Source of the DNA: Ginglymostoma cirratum
Lineage: Eukaryota
Direction: 5' to 3'
DNA: 64,000 nucleotides
Assembly: GCA_024137785.1 (NCBI GenBank)
Contig: JAHRHZ010000009.1
Coordinates: 12,885,421-12,949,420 of the forward strand
Both the position numbers and the translations under genes were made by a program. Shown here one piece after another: positions 23,301 through 34,730 of this stretch; within the stretch, counting starts at the first letter, position 1; the number at the start of each line of letters is the position of its first letter. The notes below the pieces were generated by a model. It ran no database searches. It was not told the DNA's origin and saw only the letters and a list, made by a program, of their open reading frames with translations.

Positions 23301-24714
23301 ACGAAATAACTAATAACGGGCTATAAAACCTTGGAACATCTTTAATGCACACCGTTTAATATTGTTAGCTATCGGAGATATTATAAAACATGGTGTGCCA
23401 GTCTATAACATTTCAAAGGTTCTTTAGTAGAATTATATCTTATTGTCTCTCAATCGATTAACCATCGTTTAAAATAATACAGTGGAACGTGGTTCCCAGT
23501 TCCGAACAATACCTTTGCTTAATTAATTTAAAATGCAGATGTAAATGTGAATGGTTTCGTAAGCACAGAATGTGATTAAAGAACGCTACAGCATAATGAG
23601 AGGGCCTGATGTGTTCCTGAGGGTAAAAGACACAAAGACATCATTCAGACCCAGGTGCCTGGGAACTGACAGCTCCCTTTACGGGATCACAGTGACTGTG
23701 AGATAAAACACAACTTTTAGATAACAGCACTTGGGATTTTCAGTGATTAAAAGCAATTTGATGTCAAAACTGACGTGAATATGTCAGCTGAAATAGGACA
23801 TCCCAATCCACTCTCCAGAATCGGCATCATACAACTCCGGTTTTACAATTAAAGTTCGCGGTGGCTTCATCTGAGCGTTCCATAAAACAAAGCGCAAGAT
23901 CATTTGCAATATCTCAAGATAAAGTGTTAAAACTAATATAGACCGGAACCCGGTGGGGGAATTAGAACCAAATTGGGCTTCACAGGGGTCTGAATCAAGA
24001 AGCTCGCTTACTTAAAACATTGTCTTACCGCAGCTTTGTAAGAATTTCTATCTCAATGCACGGATATTTGAGGTGTTTTAAGTAAAGAGATTGTAATTAT
24101 TCTCAATTCTTTGGTCAAATAATCGCCTCCGTTTCATTAGAATCCACATTCACAGATGTATCTTAATTGATTGGGGTAGACCCGGTGTTAATGATTCAGA
24201 ATATTTGAAGATAATGTCAAGTAGCATTTTAAACCACTTCAAATTCCACCATTCTCGATTCTATAAATAACGAATTAGAGATTACGAAAGGCCATGAATT
24301 ATTGTTTTGGTTTGATTTGATATTGGTGTTAATAGTTCGCAATAGCGGGAAAAAAATGAGCAATTAAAACGAGGGCTCTAAAAAATCATCTCATTGTCCT
24401 ATCGTTTATCTATTTCCTAAATAACACACAACCTTGCTGAACAATTCAGCCGTTAAGTCAGACGCGTTAGCGAGTAAACCATGAAATAACTTCCAAACTT
24501 TGGGAATTATTGATGCGGACAATGGTTTTTTAGAACACGCGCGAGCGTGGCCTTTTAAAACAGACTTGCAGCAAATAAATTGTTACAACAACTGATAATA
24601 TTTTATCTTCATGAAGGTGAAAATAAATTGCTGGCGGCAATTTGGTTTGGTTTATACAAGTGCGATTGGAAGTTTTCACCGATAAATTTTCTCACTTTTT
24701 TTCTGTAAGTAATC

Positions 24715-24875
24715 GGTCAGGGGTTATGGGCATCGCTGGAACTAATTGCTTATTCCCAATTGCCCTTTTTGAGAGCAGTTAAGAGTCAACTGAGTCGCAA
24801 TGTGTCTGGAATCAAATGTAGACCAGACAAGAGTAAGACAGCAGATTTCTTTCTCTAAGTTACATTAGTGAACCT
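24715..24875 (-). mobile_element. Partial tRNA-SINE (same family as 7630-7922)
   Basis: GCAGTTAAGAGTCAAC..TCTGGAATCA.ATGTAG.CCAGAC..CATTAGTGAACC matches 43675-43770. Confidence 0.65.
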
Positions 24876-25740
24876 CACGCGCACACATTGACCTTAAAGA
24901 ACTCTGAGTTTCTTTTGGAGTTAGGCTGACTGTTGATCGTTGCATCTGGAACACCAAAATCGGTGGTCGCACAGGATTAACTCTTGCTGAAGTGAAGTAA
25001 TATCGATGAAGGAGAAATATGACGAGATCGGCAGGGGACGAGATACCTGGTTAATTTATGTGAAATATTAACAGGTATTATTTATAAAATACAAATACAA
25101 TGGCTTTCACTAATAAGGGTCATGGAGCCTTTTTAATTTAATAAAAATGGATTCTTGAGCCTGATTCAGTGCTGGTGCCCGTGTAGTCCCATAGTTAGGG
25201 CAAGTGTCTATCCCAATGCCATAGTCAAAGCCAATGTCTGTCCCACTGCCAGTTCCAGTGCTGATGTCCATCACAATGCTGTGTGTAAGGGCTAGTGGCT
25301 GACCCAGCGCTTACTCTAGTGCTAATGTCGACAACTTTTCAGATAATCCATGACCTACAGATCTCATAGACTTTGAATATTGTGAAACACACCAGCTTGC
25401 CCATATCAATCGGAGGAAAAGATGCCCTACTCATGCACTAAGATTTTTTTGCGGTAACCAGGTTGTGGCTTTGGTTCTGGGCTGTCGTCGATTTTTTTTA
25501 AAGATTGCACAGTATTAAAAGTCACCCTAGTTTAATAAAGATTCCCTTTAACTAGTTCTAAATAGTTTTATGATAAAAGTCGATCAGTGTAATCGTGTGG
25601 ATTTGGTAAAGGATATGCAATCGATCTTTGTGGAAGAAGTAATCAAAATACGGATGTTAGTGACTTTGGCAATAAGTTCACATGGAATCGGATGGTGAGC
25701 ATTTTTAATGTAGACCAATAAAAAATGTACCGCGAAAGGA

Positions 25741-25908
25741 AAATATGGTGAATTCTGGAAATCTGAAATAGAAACAGAAAATACTGGAAATACGCAGCCC
25801 ATGTGCCAGCATCAACAGTGAAACAACAGTTTCGGGTCTTCCACGTGTTAACTGTGTTTCTTTCCGTACAGACAGTGCTTGGTATTTCTGGCGTTCCTGT
25901 TTTATTTA
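25741..25908. mobile_element. Old degenerate head-to-head pair of Penelope-like arms
   Basis: CTGAAATAGAAACAGAAAATACTGGAAAT...GTTTCGGGTC followed by GTTAACTGTGTTTC..CAGA..CTGTTTTATTT. Confidence 0.45.
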
Positions 25909-26861
25909 AGCCAATAGCCAGAGCTGAATAAAGCGCATCGAGCTAATACCGACTAAATGTGATCTTTGCCCTCGTTAATCTGCTCGGTCAGTTAGTTGAG
26001 TTACAAAGCCGTCGCGATCCGACGCTTGATTCTATTGGTTGGAAACATTTCCACAAGCGCTTGCACTTCGATCGGAGCTGCACCGAATTGTTAAACACAA
26101 TTACCGTTAGAAGACGGAAACGTGGGTTTTCAAAGTTCCTTTAATGAACCAAAGTTTTCAAAGAAAAACTCACACAGATAGACAGGAAGGTACAGGCAAA
26201 CAAATCGAGTGGGGAAATCTTGTGGTTGCATTAGAAACCGATTAATATCGACAGAGGCTGGGCGCATGTAAGATATATTTGGCCCAAAATTCTACCCACA
26301 GGTTGCGATTAGCACCCTCCCTAAATACACTGCATCAAGCACCAATTTCAGTGTTCAGCTGACCCCTCATGTGCCCAGTACAGTCACGTACGGGTAAGCT
26401 ACTGGAACGCGTGTATAACCACGCTCATTTTTGTTTTTTTTTTGGGGGGGCGTTCATTTGTTGGCCAGATTTAAACGATTGATCCAGGTTATTTTGATCG
26501 CAATTCAACCCATTCATCTCCACGAATGCAGATTGACTGTGTAACCAATTTTGCACATCATGAGATACAGTTGTATTGGCTCTTCCCAACTCCGTTCTAC
26601 CCCAACCATTCTCTAGCCACCCTCGGTGCGCTTTGGTCGGAATGTAGCCCCAGTTCCTCTTCGGATCACATTTCCTGTATTTTGTTTTAAAATTGATAGT
26701 TCAAATGCGCCGAATCACATACTGAACACCACAGCGACTCTCAGGGAATGTAGGCTCCTTACGTGGTTCCAATGTATTTGCTTTGGGATAGGAATCAATT
26801 TAGTTGGGGGGCGACCGGAAGTACTTATTCACATTTTTTCAACGAGATAGGCAAATAATCA

Positions 26862-26994
26862 GAGATAAAAGGTACTGCAGATGCTGGAGAATCCGAGATA
26901 ACAAGCATGGGGCTGGATGACCGAAACGTCAAGTTTTCCTGCTCCTATGATGCTGCTTGACCTGCTGTGTTCATCCAGCCCCATGCTTGTTATC
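26862..26994. mobile_element. Internally deleted palindromic Penelope-like element, family A, with a 14-bp TSD
   Basis: Perfect 25-bp inverted repeat at 26896-26920 and 26971-26995. Direct repeat TAGGCAAATAATCA at 26848-26861 and 26995-27008. Confidence 0.85.
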
Positions 26995-27254
26995 TAGGCA
27001 AATAATCATTCATGGATACATTTAATGAACCATTCCTCACGGTAGCAACATCCTTAAAATGTCTCTTTTTTTTGGCTCCATTAGGCTATTGTCGGATCAA
27101 GCACTCAATCAACTCGAAGCTTGCGGAGAGATGTCTTAGTATTCAAAATATTAGGAAATCTCTAATGGCAATGAAGACTTGTAACATGCATTTGTCCTTG
27201 TATATGTTTATACTTAATTCGCGCGAAGTCCAAGTGCAAATATACACAAAGGTG

Positions 27255-27345
27255 CCCAGGTTGTAATCCTACCTCGGGGTCAGAAGGTCTGGGTTCAAGT
27301 CCACATGTGTCATAGCATGCCTGAACAGGTTGATTAAAAATATCT
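27255..27345 (+). mobile_element. Short tRNA-derived SINE
   Basis: GGGTTCAAGTCC B box and TGAACAGGTTGATTAAAAATATC end. Confidence 0.55.
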
Positions 27346-27357
27346 ACATAAAGCTGC

Positions 27358-27925
27358 TTGTGTTTATGGATGTGTGTGTATGAAGTGTGTCTGCACCGGG
27401 TTTGCATATGAGTGGGAGGTTATGCGTTTGCGTACAAGTTGTTTGTGTATGTACGCGCATGTGGATCTGTGTGTTGTCTCTGGGGCTGTGTGTAGGTATG
27501 TTTGTTGAATATGAATGCATATAGTGTAAGGGTACGGAGTAGATATGTGCGTTGATGTAGGTGTTTGCGTTAGTATGTATATAGGTGTATGAGTGTTGCA
27601 TGTGGTGTAGGTATGTGTGTCTGTGTGTGCGTTTATGTGTGTTGTAGGAATATGTGTGTAGCTGTTTGTGTGTGGTGTACGTATGTGTGTAGCTGTATGT
27701 GTGTTTGTGTGTGGTGTAGGTACGTGTGTAGCTGTATGCGTGTATGGTGTAGATATGTGTATAGGTATAGCTGTATAAGTGGTGTAGATGCGTATGTATA
27801 TGTACTGTATGACTGTGTGCAGGTGTGTGTAGTGTCAGCGTGTCGTGTTTGCTGCGGAAGTTTATGTACTTAGGTGAGTTGGTGTGAAGTGTGTGTGTCT
27901 ATATGTGCGGGTGTGTATGTTTATG
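27358..27925. repeat. Degenerate (TG)-rich low-complexity tract
   Basis: Repeated GTGTGT, GTGGTGTAGGTATGTGTGT and AGCTGTATG motifs. Confidence 0.9.
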
Positions 27926-30369
27926 ACTTTTTTTTGCCAAATTCTGCTAACAGTACTGAAATCCCCTGCTGCTGAAGACGAAATGTGGGCCATTCAGCTG
28001 TGAAGCTGTTCCCTGTAATAAGTCATTAAGAATCAACTCACAGCCTGTTTGCTGAGAAAATGAATGAACGGACTTGTGGTTACCTGACCGACTATTGCTC
28101 GCACTTGTGACCTGCCAAGTGGCACAGCCTTCTGTTAAAACATTAAATATCTCCCGGACAGACAGCAGACCGGAGGTGATGCAAACCGGCCTCACTAAGT
28201 TATTGAAAAAGAATCGGTGTCAAATAATATTACCTCCAGCACGGAAATTAAGCGAAATATTTGTTAGAAAGCTGATTGACCAGACTGCATGGATCATTGT
28301 TCTGGTTTAAGGTGGTAGTGTGCGTTTGAGGGGGGCACTATCTTATTTATTGGCCATTGTAAACGGACCTTTGTGCCACTGCCATCATTTTCCAGTCTCC
28401 TTCCTTAAACTTGTCGACTTATGAAATAAGTAAATGAGACTTACGACCAAACAGTTTTTTAAAATTTTACAGCAATCTTGATAATGCTGTAAACGTACCA
28501 GTCAGCTGTAGCGCCAGTGGGTGAGCAGTCTGTTTGTCGGGTTGCGCTGTAAATTCTAGGAAGTTGTTTAAAATAAGGGGGGAGGGGGATTTGCCTGCCC
28601 CAGCGCCTAGCTCCTGTTTACTGAACGCCTCAGCTGTCACAGCGACCTGGCGGGTGCCTACAGACGCCTCGTCACTGTATAAAGCTTGCCCCACGAAGGA
28701 ATCGATACAATGAAACGGAGTTTTAATGGGTTAATTGACTGGAACTGCTATCGTGTTAAAACACCTGTTCTGATAAGGAAATTAGCCCAACGTAATAACC
28801 TTTATCAATATTCCACCTTCACCCCCACCATCCATCGGTCTCTTACGATTTACTGAGAGGAAATTTCAGTAACAATTTCTGCATATTGGGGAAGGGGGTG
28901 AAATGCCCCAGAGAGAGGAAAGAAGCCCGTGCGATCTGTTCTCCTCCCCAGTGGAGACTCACTGATGATTAAGTCCTCATTTTGTTCAATTATCTCGTAA
29001 CTGATTTATGGCAGAGTGTCAATATTTTGCTCATATTAAGAAGAGCGACGAATAAAAATCAACAGCAAACGGGCCGCCTAATTGGAAAATTTCGCGGCCG
29101 CTTTCTCGCGCTCGAATCTGGAAAGGTTAGTTTTACCGTTCAGTTCCACTTGCAGTAACCTTTACACTATCCAGTGTCAATAGCCATTCAGGGGGACGGG
29201 ATAGGTCTGGAGACTACCTGAGAGACAGTTCTCCCGCTCCATTTTAGATAAAATGGAAGAGCACATCAACACTTTCAAATTGGTTCAACTCCTTCAGCAC
29301 GCCTAATATCAAGACCAGCCATCGGTCACGATCTACCAAACAGAAACATTTTTTTAATTTTAGATTTGAAATGCGCCCCATGGCACGACCTTATATTCGG
29401 TGGATAGAAAGGCCGAGCGCGCCGTTTGAGTTTAATCGATTCAGCATGATCCCACAGCAAACAAAGATGTTAGAGAGAGGAAAAAATCACTAAAATATGT
29501 CAATACTACCGATTGCAAAAAAAATCTCAGTTTCAAACTCGGTTAATGGTCCGGCCAATGTGATCGTGAGTCTAATTCAATAGATGAGCATTTTTGTCAG
29601 TACAACGCGACACCGTCCTTGAATTAAACAATATATTTGTTAGTTCATTGCCAGCTGCAATCTCATTGATTCCAACCTTATTTTCAATAGGACTGGAGTC
29701 GCAGAATTAGTGCAAGACTGGTGATCAGCAGCGAAATCAGCCCGTACAGTCGTGCTACATTAATTATCAATATTTTAGAAAGAATGATAAACGGGTTCGA
29801 CCCGTGTGAAGTTAGACTTACATTGACTGCCAGCTCTCTGTCTCCATTTACCAGAACCGCGCAGTTTGGGATGACACTTTGTTCCCAAAATCTGCATCGA
29901 GAAATTTGGTTAAAAACCTAAACCGGCGTTGGTGTCACAATAGAACCTTTTTCGTGTTTGCGAACTTATGAGACCTGCGAAAACCACGGGGTACAAATGT
30001 ATATAGCGACGGTGCAGGAGCTAGATCCGACATCTCTCGCTCAATACACACTGAATGGAAGAAAATCAAATTCAATTTATTATTGATAGAAAGATTTTAA
30101 AAGACAATTTCGAGTTATTGTTTCTCTTTGCAAAGGGGACCCTTCTTACATATTGAAAAGCCTTTTGTGTGACAGAGAACAATGCAGAAAAACAAGTATT
30201 CTAATAAATGGCCATTTTTGTTCCCACTCGACGTTGAATGGGGCTGAACAAGTCGGGTTGTGAGCAGCTGCCACGCTTAAAGCGGAGAGGAGGTGGAGTC
30301 AATCATCAGCTCCTCGCCTCCCAAATGTCAATATTCCAACAGCTAAGGGGCACCGCCGCTCAATGGGCC

Positions 30370-30690
30370 CTTGGCCCTTTTCCCCCGTCTCTGCTCCTCA
30401 GCCCCCCTTCTCTCACACCATTCTCCTGCTTAGCTCACCTCCCACTATCTCTCTTTATCTTCTCCGCCTTTATCGCCCCCCCTCTCCATCCCCCCACTTT
30501 TCTGTCCCTCCGTCCCCACTTCACTCTTTCCTTTCTCTCTTCCCCCCATTTCACTTTCCTCTCCATCCCTCCCCACTTCACTCTCCCCTCCTCTGCCCCT
30601 ATTTCATCATATTTCTCCTTTCCTCTCAATTTACTCTCCTCTCCTCAACTTACTGTCCTCTCCTCTCCTTCTCCATTTCTCTACTCTTTG
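30370..30690. repeat. Polypyrimidine (CT-rich) low-complexity tract
   Basis: About 320 bp almost devoid of G, with repeated CCCCACTTCACTCT. Confidence 0.85.
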
Positions 30691-31899
30691 ATTCACATTT
30701 GTTTTGAGTTCTGTAGATGAATACCGATTCTTTCTCTCGCATAAGATTGCATCCGTGATTCACACTGGCATAAAATGAAGCATCGCCGATGTCAGACTTT
30801 TAATTCAGAACTGACCCAGCTCTGGGCGGCGCGTGTAATATTTTAGCCTGTGCAACCGAGTAAGTGTTGTTCGTGTTTACTATCATTTTCATACAAGAAA
30901 GAAAAAGAAAGCTGAGAAAGTGTGTTAGAGTTTAATGCAGGTCATTCAGCCCCAGGATCTTTGAAAGAGTTAACTGTTCAGAATTACTTATTACTATCTT
31001 GTCCGTATCACACACACAAAAAGAGCTAAATCCTATTTGTCAACCGTGCCAGCTCTTCTATCAGAAGGATTTATTTTTATTGTAGCCCGGACAAGCTATG
31101 ATCTCTTTGCTTCAAACAGCTTAACTGCAAAGTTTGTGATTAGGCGTCTGGGGGACTGAGCTTAGACCCCTACCTCTGGGGCTAGCTCCACTTTTTTTGT
31201 CTTTTATTTCCAGCAGATTTGTCGGGATGGCGCGCTTGTTGAACGCCTCTCTGACGGGTCGTGAAACCGAACCCTTTCTGGCTCTAGTTGAGAACAATTC
31301 TAAACAGGCAAAGAAAGAGGATTATGCCAGAAACTGTTAGCGAGGAATTCACTTTTGTACAGCGAGTGTTTGATTGGGGGAACCGATAACCGATACCAGC
31401 ATCCCATTAGCTACACACTTTCCAGCGATGAAATTCACGAAAGGGAATACAGTAACTTTCTCAAGGAACATCAAACTCTTAGCTATCTTTTGGAAATCTC
31501 ACTGACTCTTACTGAGACAAAGCTGCCTCCTGGCCATTACAGTCTCTGCTCGCAAACCGGGAGAGAAAATAAAACCGACTTCAAAGGTGGATGTCAGTCT
31601 TTCGGAGTGCTTCGGCACTGGCTCGATCCCCAGGGTGGCTGGAGGAACCCTCTCAGAGAGCCGCTGCTGAGCCCGGCCAGACATTTCTCAGACAAAACAC
31701 TGCGGGTTTGAAACAAAAATAGAGAATAAAAGCTGGAGGAACTCAGCAGGATGTGGGGAGAATGCGCGTTTTGAGTCTTCCAGTGACTGTTGTTCGGAAC
31801 ATCCTTCGGGAGATTTCTCAGACCAATTCTGAAGCTGGGAACTGGGGACACGCCAGGATATCCATGGCAAAAGCACTGAAAAGAAAAACAAGCTGACAC

Positions 31900-33660
31900 C
31901 AAAAACGTCAATTGTCCCAGCTCCTAAGTGTATCAGATCTGAAATATCACAAAAACCCGTAGCACCAAACATCAAGTCTACTATATTCCAGAAATCAAGT
32001 GTACGCAGGCTTCAAACACCTAGTACATCAGGTTCAAACCCCAAATGTACCAGGTCTCAAAAAGCAAGAGAAGACAACCTCCAAATGCAAAGTGTACCAG
32101 ATCCCAGTCACTAAGTGCACAAGATCAAAAACACCAGTCTATGCAAGCTCCAAACTCCATGGATACCAAATCCTAAACACGAAGTGTAACAGATCCCTAA
32201 CGGCAGCAATCCAGAGCACAAATATGCAGTAACGTAGGTATTGGCTGAAACATACAGAAATTCAGAGCACAGACAGGCAACAATGTTGTGTCCAAATATG
32301 CAACAATTCAGAAAACGCAAACATACAGCAATCAAAGATCCAAACGTGCCAAATATACATACACCCCAACCCAGTCTCGGTACAAATATTCAGCAATCTA
32401 AAACACAAGTATGCAGAAATCTAAGGTTCAAACATGCAACAATGTAAGGAACAAAAATACAACAATTCATGTCCAAAATATACAGCAATCTAAGTCTGAA
32501 ACATGCAGTATTCTAGAATCCGAATATGCAGTCATTTAAGGTACAAACAGGCAGCAATCCAAGACCCAAAAATGCAGAATACTCCGGTCCAAATATGAAA
32601 CAGGAACCAATAAATTACTCAAAATTTTGCATTTACAAGGCCCAAACATGCAGCAATCTAAGGTCCAAATATGGACAAAATTGGACCAAACATGCAGCAA
32701 TCTGGAGTGCAAATGCACAGCAAATTGAGGCCTAAATATGCAGCAACCCAGGGCCCAGTCATGCAGAAACCTAGGGCCTAAACATCCAACATCTGGACAA
32801 AAACATTCAGCAATCTACAGCCTAAACATGCTATAGCCTTGAACACAAACTTGCAACAACATTGCATCCAATCATGTAGTGATCTAGCTCTCAAACATGC
32901 ATCAATCTAAGGAACAAACATACAGCAATCCAGGACTAAGCAGCAATCTAAGTCTCAACAGGCAATATTCTTGGGTATGAAAAGGTAGCAATCCAAGACT
33001 CAAGCATGCAACAAAACATGGAATAAATATGCAACATTATAAGATTCAAAATGTAGCATTTATAGAGCTCAACCATGCAGTGATCTAGGGCTTAAACATG
33101 CAGCAGCCTAGAAAACAAATTTGCAACAATGTGGGGTGCAAACATGCGGTGATCCTGCTCCCAAATATGTATCAATCTCCCAAGCATGCAGCAGTCTAGT
33201 GTAAGAGCATGCAATAATGTAGGGCCAAAATATGCAGTAATCTAAGATAACACATTTGCAGCAATACAGGATCCAAACATTCAGCAATCTAGAGCTGAAA
33301 CTTGTAGCATTCAAGGACCCAAATGTTCCATAATCTAGGGTACAAATAGGCAATGATCAAAGGCCCTGAAATATAACAATCCAGGACCCAAACATGCACC
33401 AAATTGAGCTAAACATGCAGAAATCAGTCCAAACATTCATCAATCAGCCAAAACATTCAGTAACCAAAGCGCAAACATGCAGAAATCCTGTGTTCAAACA
33501 TGGAGCAAATTGAACTAAAAATGCAACAGTTTGGAGCTGAATCACGCAGAAATCTAGGGCCCAAATATACAACAATCTGGGGTCCAAGTACGGAGTAAGT
33601 TGGGCCAAAATGCATCAAATTCTGGTCCAAAAATATAGGTACAAATATGCAGCAATAGGC
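31900..33660 (+). repeat. Diverged tandem array with a unit of about 23 bp (consensus near CAAACATGCAGCAATCTAGGGCC), roughly 70-75 units
   Basis: Successive 21-23-bp units from 32643: CAAACATGCAGCAATCTAAGGTC, CAAATATGGACAAAATTGGAC, CAAACATGCAGCAATCTGGAGTG and so on. The array resumes at 34755-34830. Confidence 0.9.
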
Positions 33661-33739
33661 TTGTGAGGAATATAGGCCATGGAATAGAAGACACAGTAAT
33701 AACACACACAAAATTGAGCAAGTGTTGAGAAACAGAAAG

Positions 33740-34730
33740 TAGTAGCCAATAGATATTTTTCACACTGGAGGAAGGTATGTAATGGGAAGGGGTTGGCATT
33801 GTGTCCCTGGCTTGCCCTGACCTGAATTAAAGACCTTGATCTTGTTGTGTAAGGGACAATTTCAACCATTGCAGATGGCACAAAACTTGGAAGAACTGAA
33901 AACTGTGGGCATGACACTGTAGAACATCAAAAGACACAGGCAAGTCTGCAGAGTGAGTGGATAGGCAGCAGACTGAGTTCAATTGCCTAAAATGGGGCTA
34001 CAATTCTAAAGGGAATGCAGGAACAGAGAGAACTGGATGTATCTCTGCTCAGATCAATGAAAGTGCCAGAACAGTTTGAGAGAGCAATAAACAAAGCATA
34101 CAGTATTCTCGACTTTATTAATAGGGCCATATAGTTAAATAGCAAGGAGGTGACGTCCAACATACATAAGACACATTTTAGATAACAGCTGGAATATAAT
34201 GTAAAGTGCTGTGTGCCACATTATAAGGAGGATGTAAATGCATTGGGAAGAGTGTAGAAAGCGATTAGCAAGAATGGTTCCAGGCACATGAAACTTCCGT
34301 TATGAAGAGAGATTGGTGGAATTTGTACTGTTTCCTGTGGAGAGAAGAAGGTTAAGACGAGATCTGTTTCAGGTTTTCAAAACCGTGAGTAGACTTGATA
34401 AGAACAGGTAGTGAGAAACTGTTGCCCCTCAAGAACCAGGAGGCACAGATTTAAAGTTATTTGCAAAAGGACCCAGTGAAATGCAGAAAAATTACTTATT
34501 TTTCACACAGATCGTAGTTAAGGTTGTTGGAATAAATTACCTGAAAGTGTGGTGGAAGCAGATTCAACTGGAGCTCAGGACGATGATAATTTGGAAGGAA
34601 CGTGCAAGGGTATGGGGGGTGGGGGGGGGGGGAGAAATGGGCAATTAGAAGTATGTAGTGATGTTCATTTACTGGCTTGTGCAGACACGGTGGGCCGAAA
34701 GGCTTCCTTCTGCGCCGTGATATTTCTACG
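33740..34730 (+). mobile_element. Decayed CR1 LINE 3' fragment lying inside the 23-bp array
   Basis: TTGCAGATGGCACAAAACTTGG (FADDTKLG-like) and 3' tail GCAGACACGGTGGGCCGAAAGGCTTCCTTCTGCGCCGTG..TTCTACGATTC. Confidence 0.8.

Noticed and set aside
27344-27873. Cys/Val- or His/Thr-rich ORFs
   Set aside because: Translations of a TG-rich low-complexity tract.
30238-30720. 160-aa Pro/Ser/Leu/Phe-rich ORF
   Set aside because: Product of a polypyrimidine tract; 43796-44233 has the same cause.
31900-33660. CRISPR-like array
   Set aside because: Units are contiguous and diverged, with no unique spacers and no cas genes, in a vertebrate context; it is a minisatellite.
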